A DNA stretch of 64,000 nucleotides from Eledone cirrhosa (Eukaryota). Made by a program: the position numbers and the translations under genes. Each line of letters opens with the position of its first letter. The first letter of the stretch is position 1. Below are positions 62,441-64,000 of this stretch, piece by piece. The DNA lies in contig OZ024742.1 in NCBI GenBank assembly GCA_964016885.1, positions 174,716,001 through 174,780,000 on the forward strand, given 5' to 3'. The notes under the pieces were generated by a model. It did not search any database. It was not told where the DNA came from and saw nothing but the letters and a program-made list of their open reading frames with translations.

Positions 62441-64000
62441 AATATACAGAGATATTACATAAAGTTAGTATAATTAGTCAATATTTAAATTTGGTTTCAA
62501 TAAGTTGTCATTACCAGCATCATCATCATTATCCATTTATACTTGCTTTTGATACTGACATATGGTAGATGGGTTTTTACTATCTGAGTCAGTTCTTATT
62601 TAGATAAATATCCTTCTAGATGGTTTGGAAGACTGTCTTGATCATACACTCGAAATTTGGCCAGGTATATTCTGATGGATGTTCCCTTTCACACTAACAA
62701 CTTACCTGTGTACTGTGGTATATTTCATTGTTCCATCAGCACTAGAGAGGCGATCAGGTCCTCAACAAGACTAAAGATCTCTCTCTACCCTACATTCTCA
62801 CCATTCAATTGTCAGTCACTTTGCAGACTGAACAGGTTACATTTTATCATAGTGCCAGCCACCATTAAATTAGAACAGTTGTCTTGCACGTACATGGTAA
62901 AAGAGATACTCTACATATTGTCTCTATTCTTTAAAGGTTCTTCTTTCACTTCAGTTCCCCATGTTCCCTATAGAACATTGAGCAATAAGAGGTCTTTACC
63001 ATGCACAGTCGCAAACTCTGTCATGAGCCTCATCTCTTGCCAGACCAGGCACATGTTTGTCAGATCCTTCTCCACCACTTAAGTTCCTTTTGCTACATAT
63101 AGTGTATTGTGTGGTAAGAGATGTCCACTCAGCTCATGTCCATGTCTGCCAGTTCCAACTTGCTTCCTGCTAGTTTCTATTCAGTAGAAGCTCTCACTGA
63201 TCTCTTTGTAAGTAATGTGTAGCACATGGTCAGGTATCTTCTACCATGGTATTCACTAAAGTATTAAGCCCAGCCTGTTCCATGACATCTTTAAGGTTAA
63301 TTTTTATTTATTGAATGTGTTAAGAAAACATGGTTTAATTAGAAATTAAATTTGATTGAATCCATATGATAATTCTTAGTATATCTTTGGAATATGCAAC
63401 TTTAAACCGTCCTCATCAACAGAAGGTCTTGATATTAATTTAGTATGAATTAAAATCTACATTTAACCTCAAATTGCTATTCTGGTGTGATTGCATAATT
63501 GAGATACAGCCAAAATTATGTAATTAAATAATTGGTAGGCAGATTTTAATATTAATTCTTGAATATCTATACATAGAATGTAAAATTATATTGTAACATG
63601 CTGCTGAGTGTTAAACATTATCTATATTATCTTTCCAAATTCTATCACCAGATTCTTTCCATTTGGTTTTCTGTTTTAGAGTTGTATAATTAATTAACTT
63701 TATATGTCTCTATCATTATCAGCATCATGGGTCTCTTTTCTGTGCGAGCATGGTTTGGAGATGTTGACGTAGTCCACGACTAGACATGTCAGTGATCCAC
63801 ATCTTGCCCATGTTCCATTTTTGTTAGGATTTCTAGAACTGAATGATATTCCTAATAAAACCTAATTTTCAGAGGAGACTAGGTGCATTTTATTATTGCA
63901 CCAGCACTATTGTTTTATATATGTAATTGAGGCAATTTTATTTTCTGACGGGAAATTTTGTGGCTAGAATAAAAACAGTTTGGTCTTATATAGTTTGATC

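Overview
AT-rich animal (eukaryotic) genomic DNA, most likely cephalopod/octopus-like; this is inferred from the repeat families, not shown directly. No host protein-coding gene could be supported, and the window reads as intronic or intergenic DNA saturated with mobile elements and (TA)n/(GAT)n/(ATCT)n microsatellites. It holds many RTE-clade LINE copies: one near full-length at ~46.5-50.3 kb and a young 5'-truncated copy with an intact 444-aa RT ORF at 50.9-52.3 kb. Also present are a GC-rich L1/Tx1-like LINE in an (ATCT)n tract, a decayed Penelope-like element with inverted structure, two tRNA-derived SINE families, hAT-like and TTAA-type MITEs, and a 45-bp minisatellite. The strongest observations are: (1) two different fold-back palindromic elements that each encode a minimal hammerhead ribozyme with a compensatory U3-A8 core and a self-complementary ACCGGU stem III, and that share a 3' terminus abutting (TA)n; (2) a C4HC3 PHD-type finger inserted inside the RTE reverse transcriptase; (3) an array of covarying AGG-loop hairpins in the RTE 3' UTR, also borrowed by a SINE; (4) several further long inverted repeats. 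All coordinates were read by eye, and the edges of decayed elements are approximate.
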